Shown here: positions 48,204-59,870 of the stretch, piece by piece
Layout of the letters: each line of letters starts with the position of its first letter
Numbering within the stretch: the stretch's first letter is position 1
Assembly (NCBI RefSeq): GCF_028641065.1
Contig: NC_073416.1
Span: 6,262,001-6,326,000 of the forward strand
Source of the DNA: Leucoraja erinacea
Taxonomy: Eukaryota
Direction: 5' to 3'
Length of the DNA: 64,000 nt
Translations under genes and position numbers: made by a program
Notes under the pieces: model-generated
Database searches by the model: none
What the model saw: the letters and a program-made list of their open reading frames with translations, nothing else
What the model was told of the DNA's origin: nothing

Positions 48204-50956
48204 GTAGGAAAGAATTGCAGATGCTGGTTTAAATCAAAGGTAGACACAAAATGCTGGAGTAACTCAGCGGGACAGTCAGCATCTCGGGAGAAAAGGAATG
48301 GGTGACGTTTCGGGTCGAGACCTTCCGACTAATGTCGGAGTGCGCGGGACAGAGATAGAATGTCGTCAGAGACAGTAAGACTGGTGGGAGAACTGGGAAG
48401 GGGAGATTTTAATAAATCAAACCTCAAGGAGGTCATGCCGAACTTCTACCAACACATCACGTGTGCCACCAGGGGGGAGAGAACTTTGGACCACTGCTAC
48501 ACACCGTTCAGGAAAGGCTACAAGGCCGTTTCACTCCCTCCCCTAGGAAAATCTGACCACGCTGCTATTTTCCTGTTGCCGGTGTATAAACAGAGGATAG
48601 TTCGGGGAGCGGTAGAGACGAGGGACGTAAAGCGGTGGTCCGACCAGTCAGAGGCCATGCTGCAGGATGCACTGAGTGATGTCGACTGGAATATGTTCGA
48701 AGCAAGTTCCAGTGACGTCAGTGAGTTCGCGGTAGCAGTCATGGACTTCATCGCAACAATAACCGCCAACATCGTCCCCACGGTAAGGGTAAGCACCTTT
48801 CCGAATCAAAAACCCTGGGTAGACAGGTCTGTTCGTGTGGCCTTGAATGCTCGCACCGCTGCCTACAACTTGGGCCTGGCATCAGGAAACATGGACGTCT
48901 ACAAGGCAGAGTCCTACCGACTGCGAAGGGCGGTGAAGGACGCAAAGAGAAGGTACAGGGACAAGATGGAGTTACAGATGGAGCAGCAGGACACCAGAAG
49001 CCTGTGGCAGGGGCTACGGATTGTAACCAACTACCGAAGCACCCCTCCCTCACCCGCATGTGCCGGCACCTCCCTAGCTGACGACCTGAACTCCTTCTAC
49101 GCTCGTTTCGAGAGGGGCAACACCACTCCAGGTCTGCCGACTATCGACAATACCGCCAGGGGGCTGGCTACCGAAGCTGAAGGGAGGAGTGTGCACACAT
49201 TCTCGCTGTCCGAGCACGACGTGAGGAGGGCACTGACACGGGTGAACACGAGAAAAGCTGCAGGCCCCGATGGCATCTCGGGGCGAGTACTCAAGTCCTG
49301 TGCTACGCAGCTAGCTCCAGTGCTCACTACATTATTCAACCTCTCCCTGGACAAGTCCGTGGTCCCTGCCTGCTTCAAAAAATCCATCATTGTACCGGTA
49401 CCAAAAAATGCCTCCCCAGCCTGTCTGAATGACTACCGTCCGGTGGCCCTTACCTCGGTAGTCATGAAATGCTTTGAGAGGCTGGTGAAGAATCACATCT
49501 GCGCCTTCCTCCCTCGGAACATGGACCCGTTGCAGTTCGCATACCGTCCGAACAGGTCCACGGACGATGCGGTCTCCCAGGTCTTGCACACCGCTCTCTC
49601 CCATCTGGACAGCCAGAAGGGGGGCTACGTGAGGATGCTGTTCATAGACTACAGTTCAGCCTTCAACACGATAGTCCCCACCAGACTGGCCGGGAAGCTA
49701 ATGGAATTGGGGCTCAACACCTCCCTGTGTGCCTGGGTCCTGGACTTTCTCACTGCCAGGCCCCAGGTAGTCAAGATGGGAGGGAATACATCGAAGTCCC
49801 TCACCCTGAGCACAGGATTGCCCCAGGGTTGCGTTCTCAGCCCCCTATTGTACTCCCTGTACACACATGACTGTGTGGCTAGGTTCAGCTCCAATTCAAT
49901 AATTAAGTTTGTTGATGACACTGTGGTGGTGGGCCTGATCTCAGACAACGATGAGAAGGCCTAACCGGGAGGAGGTGGCTGATCTAGCACTCTGGTGCCA
50001 GGATAACAGCCTCCTCTTGAACATCAAAAAAACAAAGGAGCTGATCATGGACTTTAGGAGGGCACATCATCCGAGGACGTACACTCCATTGAGTATAAAT
50101 GGGGATCCTGTGGATAGGGTGAACTGTTTTAAATATCTGGGAGTCCACATCTCTGAGGATATGACATGGGCATCACACGCCTCAGCACTCGTGAGTAAGG
50201 CAAGGCAGCGCCTTTACCACCTCAGGCAATTGAGGAAATTCAGAGTGTCTCCGAGGATCCTCCAGTGCTTCTATGCAGCGGTGGTGGAAAGCATCTTGTC
50301 CGGTAACATTACCATCTGGTTTGGGAATTGCTCTGCCAAGGACAAGAAGGCTCTGCAGAGAGTAGTGCGTTCGGCCGAACGCACTATGGGAACTTCACTC
50401 ACCCCCCCCTGCAGGAACTATACAACAGGAGGTGCAACTCCAGAGCAAACAAAATCATGAGAGACCCCTTCCACCCCTGCAACGGTCAGGCAAACGCCTC
50501 CGTTGCCATGCGGTGAGAACGGAGAGGTTGAGAAGGAGTTTCTTCCCAGAGGCAATTCGGACTGTAAACGCCTATCTCACCAGGGACTAACTCTACAGAA
50601 CGTTTTTCCTTCTATTATTTATTATGTAAAAGAATATGTGTGTTATGATTGTGTTTATAATTTGTTTGGTTGTTTTGTTGTTTGTCTTTTGCACAAAAAT
50701 CCGCGAGCATTGCCACTTTCATTTCACTGCACATCTCGTATGTGTATGTGACAAATAAACTTGACTTGACTTGACTTGAATGGAGAGAGGGAGGGAAAGC
50801 AAGGGCTATTTGAATTTAGAGAAGTCCATGTTCATACCACTGGGTACAAACAAGCTACCCAAGCGAAATATGAGGTGCTGTTCCTCCAATTTACGCTGGG
50901 CCTTCACTCTGACAATGGAGGAGGCCCAGTACAGAAAGGTCAGATTGGGAATGGGA
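48204..50956 (-). mobile_element. Penelope-like element 3' end (48204-48400 plus 50777-50956), split by a LINE insertion
   Basis: The minus strand of 50805-50955 encodes SHSQSDLSVLGLLHCQSE/QRKLEEQHLIFRLGSL/PSGMNMDFSKFK* (with frameshifts), typical of the GIY-YIG C-terminus; continues into the dispersed terminal repeat. Confidence 0.75.
48401..50776 (+). mobile_element. 5'-truncated Rex1/Babar-type non-LTR retrotransposon (end of APE endonuclease plus RT), frameshifted
   Basis: GDFN...LDHCY...SDH, KAAGPDG, NDYRPVALTSVVMKCFERLV, FIDYSSAFNT, PQGCVLSPLLYSLYT, KFVDD; frame break at ~49962 and at the poly-C near 50402; AATAAA(CTTGA)n tail. Confidence 0.93.
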
Positions 50957-51472
50957 GCGGAGTCCACTCAGTCTGTATTAACCTACCTGATCTCCCGGTT
51001 TATGTCTTAACATACGGGCTGATTTTATTGATTTAAGTGCTTAACCTATTGCTAAATTATTTTAGACTTCCACTGTTGCATATACGACCTACTCCAGTGT
51101 TTAGAAGATAATCCCTTTTGTCCTTTACAAAATAATGCTATTGATGTATATGGCATTTATATAATGAGAACTCTCCCAAGTGTTCTGTGCAACCAGTGAA
51201 TTTCCAATTTTTGTTTAGGACTTTGGTCACATGCCTTTTCCACAGTGTAAGAGAGTGTGGATATAATCAACGGCATTGATTGTACAATGTTTCGATATAC
51301 TACTTCATGAAAAGTTTTGATAAATTGGTATATAGCAATCTACATGAGATTCAGTCCCAATTTTTAGCAGTGTCTTCCTTACTAGAAATGCCCTGCAGAT
51401 GGCAGTACAGGGGAGGTGCTATCTCACTATTCCATCCAACAAATGACTCGAGCTGTCATTGTAGGTTGCCTT

Positions 51473-52450
51473 GAGTCAAGAGTGTTTAATTGTCATAAGT
51501 GAGAGAACAAGGACATTTTTGCTTGCAGCAGCACAACAGGTTTGTAAATGCAGTACTCGATAAATAACATAATAAATGAAAAAAAAGTCACTATAGTGCA
51601 AAACAAAGCAAAAGCCCAAAGACTCGAGTGCAACCAAGATAGTTTGTAGTCTTGGTTGCATTACAGACTTGGTGTTTGTAATGTTCATAACCTGATGATT
51701 GTTGGGAAAATTTTGTTCCTTAACCTGGACATTAGAGTTTTCAGATTCCTATACCACCTTCCTGATGGCATGAGTGAAATGAGAGTGTGGTCAGGGATGT
51801 GTAGGTCCTTGATGATGCTGGCTGCCTTTCTGAGGCAGCGCCACCTATAGATCCCTTCGACGGTGGGGTGGTCAATACCCATGATGATCTGAGTGGTGTC
51901 CACCACTTTTTTGTAATCTCCTTCGTTCCTGAGGGTTTGAGTTGCTGAACCATGCCATGATACAACCAGTCTATATGCAGTCTACCATACACTTGTAGAA
52001 GTTTAAGAGAGTTTTCGTCAACATACAGAGTATCTTCAATCTTCCAAGGTAGTAGAGGCATTGATTGGGTTTCTTTATGATTGCATCAATGTGCTGGGTC
52101 CAGATCGAATCTTCAGAGATATGCACGCCTAGGAACTTGAGGTTGTAAACTCTCTCCACCACCGATCCGTTGATGGAGATAGGTTTGTGGATCCTTGGCC
52201 TTCCTCTTCTAAGGTCAACAATCAGTTCCTTGGTTTTACTAATGTTGAGAGCAAGGTTGTTCTGCAACCATTCAATCCGACAATCGATCTCCCTCCTATA
52301 CTCTGATTCGTTATTACCCGTAATTCGTCTAACATCAGCGAATTTAAAGATGGAGTTGGAAATGGGTCTGGCTACACAATCATGGGTATAGAGCAGGGAA
52401 CTTACCTCACAGCCTTGAGGTTCCCTTGTACGGGTGGCTGTTGAGGAGGA
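51473..52450 (-). mobile_element. Older Rex1-type LINE 3' fragment
   Basis: ORF 51971-52480 PQGC...LLYTHDCVA...KFAD...LNISKTKELIVD...KFLGVHISED. Confidence 0.85.
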
Positions 52451-54189
52451 AGTGTTGTTACAATGATTGGGGCTCAGCAAGTGGCAGCATTCTCATTGTT
52501 AGAGTAGTCCTACTCTTTGGATTAGATACTAAAAAGAGCAGCTATTTTGACTTTTCACTGTTTAATCTGGCCCTTGTTTTCTCCATATTTCTTCATGGCT
52601 ACTGTATCTATCTTGCTGTCTTGAGTCAAGATTCAGTCGGTAGTTTATAAAAAAATTCAAAGTTGTGGAAACATGCCTTGAGCATTAGTCTGTTTGACTA
52701 CCATTCGCTCCAATTCCTAACATGATCATGATTTTTTTTTTCCTGATGCACTTCCAATTGTTGGATAGCTGCTACATTATGCCTGCACAGGCCCCTGGTA
52801 CCTTCCCAAAAGCTACTACTACACCACAACTTGCCTGCACTCACTTTTCTTCCTTGATTATTTTTATTACTAAGAACAGTGCTGTCTGCACTTAGTATAT
52901 ATTTTGTTAGGGCTGACCACCATTTGGATCACAGCCACACAGAATCCGATGGTGGAGTTCCTCGCTGCTGAGATCGCAATTTAAACTGAAATCACCATTC
53001 AAATTCTGCAGCTCAGAATCTGGGACACCACTGGAAAAGGGAAGATGAGTCATTTTTAAATATGTTAAGTTTGGTTCAGTAATAATTTTAATTCAATTAT
53101 ATATCTATTTTTATATTTTTACTTGAATATTCTTAGTTTTGAAACTCATAAAATCAAAGCAACAAGAAACAGGAATAGGACAATTGACGCTTTGACTTTG
53201 TTCTGTCGTTCATCAAGATCTTTGTTAATTTTGCATTTTGTCTTCATTTCCCTGAGTTATATTCAGTAAAATTTCGACAATTCAGCTTATTCATTGTTTT
53301 GATAGTGCTGAACTGGCAGAATTTACAGACTACTGAATGTTATTGATATTAATTACTTCAACATTCTTTCCATTCACTTTTTAAATCTTATACAGTATGA
53401 CAAACGTTCTAGTGAATCAGGTAAAGTGAAAGGGAATGTGGGAACTGGGGCCCAGGTGAGCATAAGGGGAGAGGGGACCTTAATGAGTGAGAGAGAGCAT
53501 GGAATCTGGGGCTTGGGTAAATGAAGACGAGAGCAGGAATCCAGGCCCCAGTGAATGACAAATATTATTTGGTGGGCCAGAAGCCGAATCAAGATTTCTG
53601 AATGGTTGGATCGCAGGTTATTGGTTTTGCTGTAGATATCCATAATTCTCTTATTATCCAGAAATCTATTGATCATTTTGAATGAACACATTGACTGAGA
53701 CCCCAATATCTTCAGAATGGAGTAATTTATCATCTTGGTACTAAATGACTACCCCTTATTCCGAGAGTTCTATTTCTTATCATGAATACAAGAACGGCTC
53801 CTTTAAACATTAACAGTTCGTAAACTGTCATGATTTCAAAAGTACCTAGCATTTCTGTTTTATGCATCAAAGTTTATATTACAACATAGAGCAGTTGGGG
53901 AAAAAAAGGAGGAAGGCACATTCCAATTGGGTTTGCTTTTGCTATTTTAACACGGGTAGTCAAAATCGATGTTTAAATAAACTTCAGTGCTTGCATTTTC
54001 CTGTTTAAAATGTGGAAGGATTGGTTATATTGCAGAGAATACATCTGCACTCTAGATTTAATCTAAAGGGGGTTCACTGATTTAAAATATTATTGGAAGG
54101 TCACATAGAAAATAATGCATTTTTAAATGACCGATCCAAACTTCATTAAAGTTGGCTGTTTGTCATTTCTTTGGTATTGCCAGGCAATG

Positions 54190-54650
54190 CCAGGCTTCAC
54201 TGTGTCTGCCGTCAAAGGTGTTGGTGTTGCCTTCAGCCGGCGGGCGGCAGGGGGCCGGGGTTTCCTCTTGGCTCGGAGGACCAGTCACGAAGTTGCCCTT
54301 TACTGGGAGGACCTGCGTAGAGCCTCTTTGTGTCGGAGCTGTGAGGGAAGAAGCCGAGCCGAAGTGTATAGGTATCCCAGCCCTGGTTTGTGAGTTTTCA
54401 TGCACTTTAATGTACCCGTGGCATTCTCGATTTGAATGTGCAAACGTTGTGCGGAGAGAGTCCGCATTTGTCTGCGGCCGGGAGGCGTTTTAATTGTAAC
54501 AGGAAGTCGAGGCCTAAAGGCGCCATTTGCGGCCTTAAATCCAAGCAAAGCGATAGTGAGGTTCCTGTTGCTTCTCACAGCTACAATCTGGAGCGACTGA
54601 GTCTGTGTTCATCAAAGCACATGCTTAGATATGTAGATCGACGATAACAA
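54190..54650 (+). promoter_or_regulatory. CpG-rich putative promoter / first exon of the third ZC3H10 copy
   Basis: Contains ctcttggctcggaggaccag...ggaggacc (54265-54313), homologous to the two exon-like blocks near 31 kb; ETS-like CAGGAAGT (~54500) and YY1-like GCGCCATTT (~54520). Confidence 0.5.
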
Positions 54651-54729
54651 TTAAGAGCGACAATAGCTCCTATTTTGATTGTACCCCTGATACTGTAACC
54701 CCCTTTTTTCGAATGCATTTTATTAAGAG

Positions 54730-56768
54730 AAATGGAGGACATTTAAAGGGGAAATTTTAAGAGTACATAATCTTTGGAAAGAGCCCTGGTTTTCAAGGGA
54801 AATTGGACATCTTGTTCGGAAAAAGAGGGAGATCTACAATAATTATAGGCAGCATGGAGTAAATGAGGTGCTTGAGTATAAAGAATGTAAAAATAATCTT
54901 AAGAAAGAAATTAGAAAAGCTAAAAGAAGATATGAGGTTGCTTTGGCAAGTAAGGTGAAAGTAAATCCAAAGGGTTTCTACAGCTATATTAATAGCAAAA
55001 GGATAACGAGGGATAAAATTGGTCCATTAGAGAGACAGTGGACAGCTATCTGCAGAGCCAAAAGAGATGGGGGAGATATTGAACAATTTATTTTCTTCGG
55101 TATTCACCAAGGAGAATGATATTGAATTATGTGAGGTAAGGGAAACAAGTAGAGTAGCTATGGAAACTATGAGAATCAAAGAAAAAGAAGTACTGACATT
55201 TTTGAAAAATATAAAAGTGGATAAGTCTCCAGATCCTGACAGGATATTCCCTAGGACATTGAGGGAAGTTAGTGTAGAAATTGCAGGGGCTATGACAGAA
55301 ATATTTCAAATGTCATTAGAAACGGGAATAGTGCCGGAGGATTGGCGTACTGCACATGTGTTCCAATGTTTAAAAAGGGTTCTAAGAGTAAACCTAGCAA
55401 TTATAGACCTGTTAGTTTGACTTCAGTGGTGGGCAAATTAATGAAAAGGATACTTAGAGATAATATATATAAGCATCTGGATAAACGGGGTCTGATTAGG
55501 AACAGTCAACATGGATTTGTGCCTGGAAGGTCATGTTTGACTAATCTTCTTGAATTTTTTGAAGAGGTTACTAGGGAAATTGATGAGGGTAAAGCAGTGG
55601 ATGTTGTCTATATGGACTTTAGTAAGGCCTTTGACAAGATTCCTCATGGAAGGTTGGTTAAGAAGGTTCAATTGTTGGGTATTAATGCAGGAATAGCAAG
55701 ATGGATTCAACAGTGGCTGAATGGGAGATGCCAGAGAGTAATGGTGGATGGCTGTTTGTCAGGTTGGAGGCCGATGACTACCTCGGGGATCTGTGTTGGG
55801 TCCACTGTTGTTTGTCATGTACATCAATGATCAGGATGATGGTATGGTAAATTGGATTAGTAAGTATGCAGATGATACTAAGATAGGTGGTCTTGTGGAT
55901 AATGAAGTAGATTTCCAAAGTCTACAGAGAGATTTAGGCCATTTGGAAGAATGGGCTGAAAGATGGCAGATGGAGTTTAATGTTGATAAGTGTGAGGTGC
56001 TACATCTTGGCAGGACAAATCAAAATAGGACGTACATGGTAAATGGTAGCGAATTGAGGAATGCAGTTGAACAGAGGGATCTTGGAATAACTGTGCACAG
56101 TTCCCTGAAGGTGGAATCTCATGTAGATAGGGTGGTAAAGAAAGCTTTTGGTGTGCTAGCCTTTATAAATCAGAGCATTGAGTATAGAAGTTGGGATGTA
56201 ATGTTAAAATTGTACAAGGCATTGGTGAGACCAATTCTGGAGTATGGTGTACAATTTTGGTCGCCCAATTATAGGAAGGATGTCAACAAAATAGTGCAGA
56301 GAGATTTACTAGAATGTTGCCTGGGTTTCTGCAACTAAGTTACAGAGAAAGGTTGAATAAGTTAGGTCTTTATTCTTTGGAGCGCAGAAGGTTAAGGGGG
56401 GACTTGATAGAGGTCTTTAAAATGATGTGAGGGATAGACAGAGTTGACATGGATAAGCTTTTCCCATTGAGAGTAGGGAAGATTCAAACAAGAGGACATG
56501 ACTTGAGAATTAAGGGACAGAAGTTTAGGGGTAACATGAGGGGGAACTTCTTTACTCGGAGAGTGGTAGCTGTGTGGAAAGAGATCCAGTGGAAGTGGTG
56601 GAGGCAGGTTCGATTTTATCATTTAAAAATAAATTGGATAGGTAAATGGATGGGAAGGGAATGGAGGGTTATGGTCTGAGTGCAGGTAGATGGGACTAGG
56701 GGAAAATAAGTGTTCGGCACGGACTTGTAGGGCCGAGATGGCCTGTTTTCGTGCTGTAATTGTTATAT
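54730..56768 (+). mobile_element. 5'-truncated CR1-type LINE RT region, multiply frameshifted
   Basis: KSPDPDRIFPR, NYRPVSLTSVVGKLM, QHGFVPGRSCLTNL, YMDFSKAFD, LGPLLF, KYADD. Confidence 0.93.
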
Positions 56769-57113
56769 GGAGAGACCACTTCCAATGTGGTCTCCATGTA
56801 ATGGGCAAATGGATCTTCGCCAGGAGGGAATACCTGTTTGGTGATGGAGGGAAGGAAGTATGTGATACTTGGATCATCGGAAAATGAACGTAAAGGCTTC
56901 ATTAACCTGTTGTTGTAATATTTAGAATGGGAACATTTTATTGGTTTCTATGAATTGCAGGTGATCTCCTCTGGCGTTGCTCATTTAAAGAAAAATTGCA
57001 ACTGAGTCTGCTTCTTTCCCTGTCTTATCCTCTCCACCTGCCACTCTATTGCCTCCCTTTTGTGTGTGTGCCACATCTTGTATTGTTTTTGCCTGTTAAC
57101 ATACAATCTTTTG

Positions 57114-57758
57114 GCTTTTGGTGTGCTGGCCTTTATAAATCAGAGCATTGAGTATAGAAGTTGGGATGTAATGTTAAAATTGTACAAGGCATTGGTGAGG
57201 CCAATTCTGGAGTATGGTGTGCAATTTTGGTCGCCTAATTATAGGAAGGATGTCAACAAAATAGAGAGAGTACAGAGGAGATTTACTAGAATGTTGCCTG
57301 GGTTTCAGCAACTAAGTTACAGAGAAAGGTTGAACAAGTTAGGCTTTATTCTTTGGAGCGCAGAAGGTTAAGGGGGGGACTTGATAGAGGTTTTTAAAAT
57401 GATGAGAGGGATAGACAGAGTTGACGTGGAAAAGCTTTTCCCACTGAGAGTAGGGAAGATTCAAACAAGGGGACATGACTTGAGAATTAAGGGACTGAAG
57501 TTTAGGGGTAACATGAGGGGGAACTTCTTTACTCAGAGAGTGGTAGCTGTGTGGAATGAGCTTCCAGTGAAGGTGGTGGAGGCAGGTTCGTTTTTATCAT
57601 TTAAAAATAAATTGGATAGTTACATGGACGGGAAGGGAATGGAGGGTTATGGTCTGAGCGCAGGTATATGGGACTAGGGGAGATTATGTGTTCGGCACGG
57701 ACTAGAAGGGTCGAGATGGCCTGTTTCCGTGCTGTAATTGTTATATGGTTATATGGTT
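57114..57758 (+). mobile_element. Second CR1 3' fragment of the same subfamily
   Basis: Near-identical to 56144-56768; (atatggtt)n tail. Confidence 0.9.
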
Positions 57759-58601
57759 AATCCTTTTGTTGCTTGGGATTACAAAGTGTAATTATTTGTG
57801 GTAATGGTAAAAATACCTTGCACCTTTATTACATAATTCCCTCGTCTTCAATTGTCGTTATGACCTTTGCTGTGTAACTCTGAATTCAACTTCTCGTCCC
57901 AGGTTTGAAGTGGAAGTAAATGTTTGAAATATACATGTTTCTGTAGCCTTTGCTCTCTATTCTGGCAGTGTATTTTGGCCATTTACTATGGTTCCACTAT
58001 TTTATCTCTGGTAACTTTGGTGACTAAGGTAACTAAATTGAAAGACGTTGGGGTTAGCGTTTGCGAGCGAATCGATCACTCGTGCCAAAATTGAGAATAG
58101 ATTTCTACACTACAAATTTAAAATCTGCAATCTTTTATGCTAGTGTAGAAAAATCACAGTGGGAAAATAGACAAGCCAAATTCAATTAATACCAAAATAA
58201 TTTCCTACCAACTGCATCTGTTTGTGAGTCTTCACGTAAAATTAAAACATTTGTGGCGCAATTATATTCTTTAAAGGCTTATTAGACCAATTTTCTGGCA
58301 TATTTAACCACATTTAAGTATCTATTATTAATGCTGTTTTAGTTCAAAATATCTGTAACATTAAGTAAAACTATTCTTTTCAGAAATTCACTCTTTGCTT
58401 GCCTAATCAGATTTGATAACAAAGGAAGTAGATTGAAGTGTAAAAACTGAAGCAGTCATTTTTCAGTTTGAAGAAGAGTTCTGACCCTGAACATCACCTG
58501 TCCATTTCCCCCTCAAACAATGCTGCCTGACCTGCTGAGTTCCTCCAGCAGGTAGATTATTGTTTTCTCTCCAGCCAACTTTATTTTTGGCTGCATCTAT
58601 A

Positions 58602-59320
58602 GGGTGATTTCACGAAAGGTCACTGGATCATAGATCCTCCCCCACGTGACCGCAAAATTTAACTGGGGTACAAACGTCACTTCCAGTACATGTTATTGAT
58701 GCTGAAAACGCGTACTTTCAAACCAGTTAAAAACCGCGAAAACTGTTAGTTTTTGAGCTGTAAATAACTGTGCCAGTCGGGGTGACTGCGAGGCACAGCT
58801 ATCTTACTTTAGAGTCCAGAAGATAAAGAAAAACGAAGGTAAAGACAAGAGAGCGCTGAAGGGAAAATAACAGCGGAAGTTTTTTGGCCGTGCAGATATA
58901 AAGATTGAAAATATCGGGAATTATCGCGTTTGCTCACTGCATTTCATCAAAACTAAGGCATTATTGATGTTTTGATGAAATGCAGTGAGCAAACGCGATA
59001 AAATCCCGATATTTTCGATCTTTATATCTGCACGGCCAACAACATCCGCTGTTATTTTCCCTTCAGCGCTCTCTTGTCTTTACCTTTGTTTTTCTTTATC
59101 TTCTGGACTCTAAAGTAAGATAGCTGTGCCTCGCGGTCACCCCGACTGGCACAGTTATTTACAGCTCAAAAACGGGCTGTTTTCGCAGTTTTTAACGGGT
59201 TTGAAAGTGCGCGTTTCTAGCATCAATAACATGTACCGGAAGTGACGTTTGTACCCCAGTTGGATTTTGCGGTCACGTGGGTGAGGATCTATGATCCAGT
59301 GACCTTTCGTGAAATCACCC
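58602..59320. mobile_element. Foldback / MITE-like palindromic element
   Basis: ~352-bp inverted arms (58602-58953, 58969-59320), 15-nt loop, termini GGGTGATTTCACGAAAGG / CCTTTCGTGAAATCACCC, flanked by TATA on both sides. Confidence 0.9.
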
Positions 59321-59574
59321 TATATCTTGCTGAATAAAAAAAGTTGATCAGCTAGCACAAATTGATTTTTCTCCCAGGGGACGATTAAAATTTGTAAAAT
59401 ATGAAACACGGGGATAGCAAAAATGCCAATGTCTGGTTGCAATCGCAGCATCTTGTGTGCTTATGGGACAAGGGTTTGCAGTGGTATATGGTTTTCAGAG
59501 ATTTTCTGTCATTTTACAAGAATGGTGATAAGGGAGGATCGGGGCTTAGAAACACTGGCTAATCCACCAATGTC

Positions 59575-59870
59575 ATTAGTTCAGTTTAGTGATACAGCGC
59601 GTAAATAGGCTCTTTCGCCCACCGAGTCTGCGCCGACCAGTGATCCACACACACTAACACTATCCTACACACACTGGGACAATTTACAATTATACCAAGC
59701 CAATTAACCTACAAACCTGTACGTCTGGGGTGTGGAAGAAAATCGGAGATCCTGGAGAAAACCCACACATGTCACGGAGGGGACATACAAACTCCGTTGC
59801 AGACAAGCACCTGTAGTCAGGCTCGAACCCGAGTCTGGCGCTGTGAGGCAGCAACTCTACTGCTGCCTGA
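59575..59870 (-). mobile_element. HE1/V-SINE-like tRNA-derived SINE
   Basis: Minus strand has head gagttgctgcctcacagcgccagactcgggttcgagcctgac, V-domain-like ggagtttgtatgtcccctccgtgac...gggttttctcc, and a CR1-like tail. Confidence 0.75.

Noticed and set aside
54127-54647. ORFs in the GC-rich patch as a separate protein-coding gene
   Set aside because: No recognisable protein; better explained as the duplicated promoter / first-exon region
56144-57758. Segmental duplication or assembly artefact
   Set aside because: The copies differ at many sites and a third similar copy lies at 8344, consistent with independent CR1 insertions
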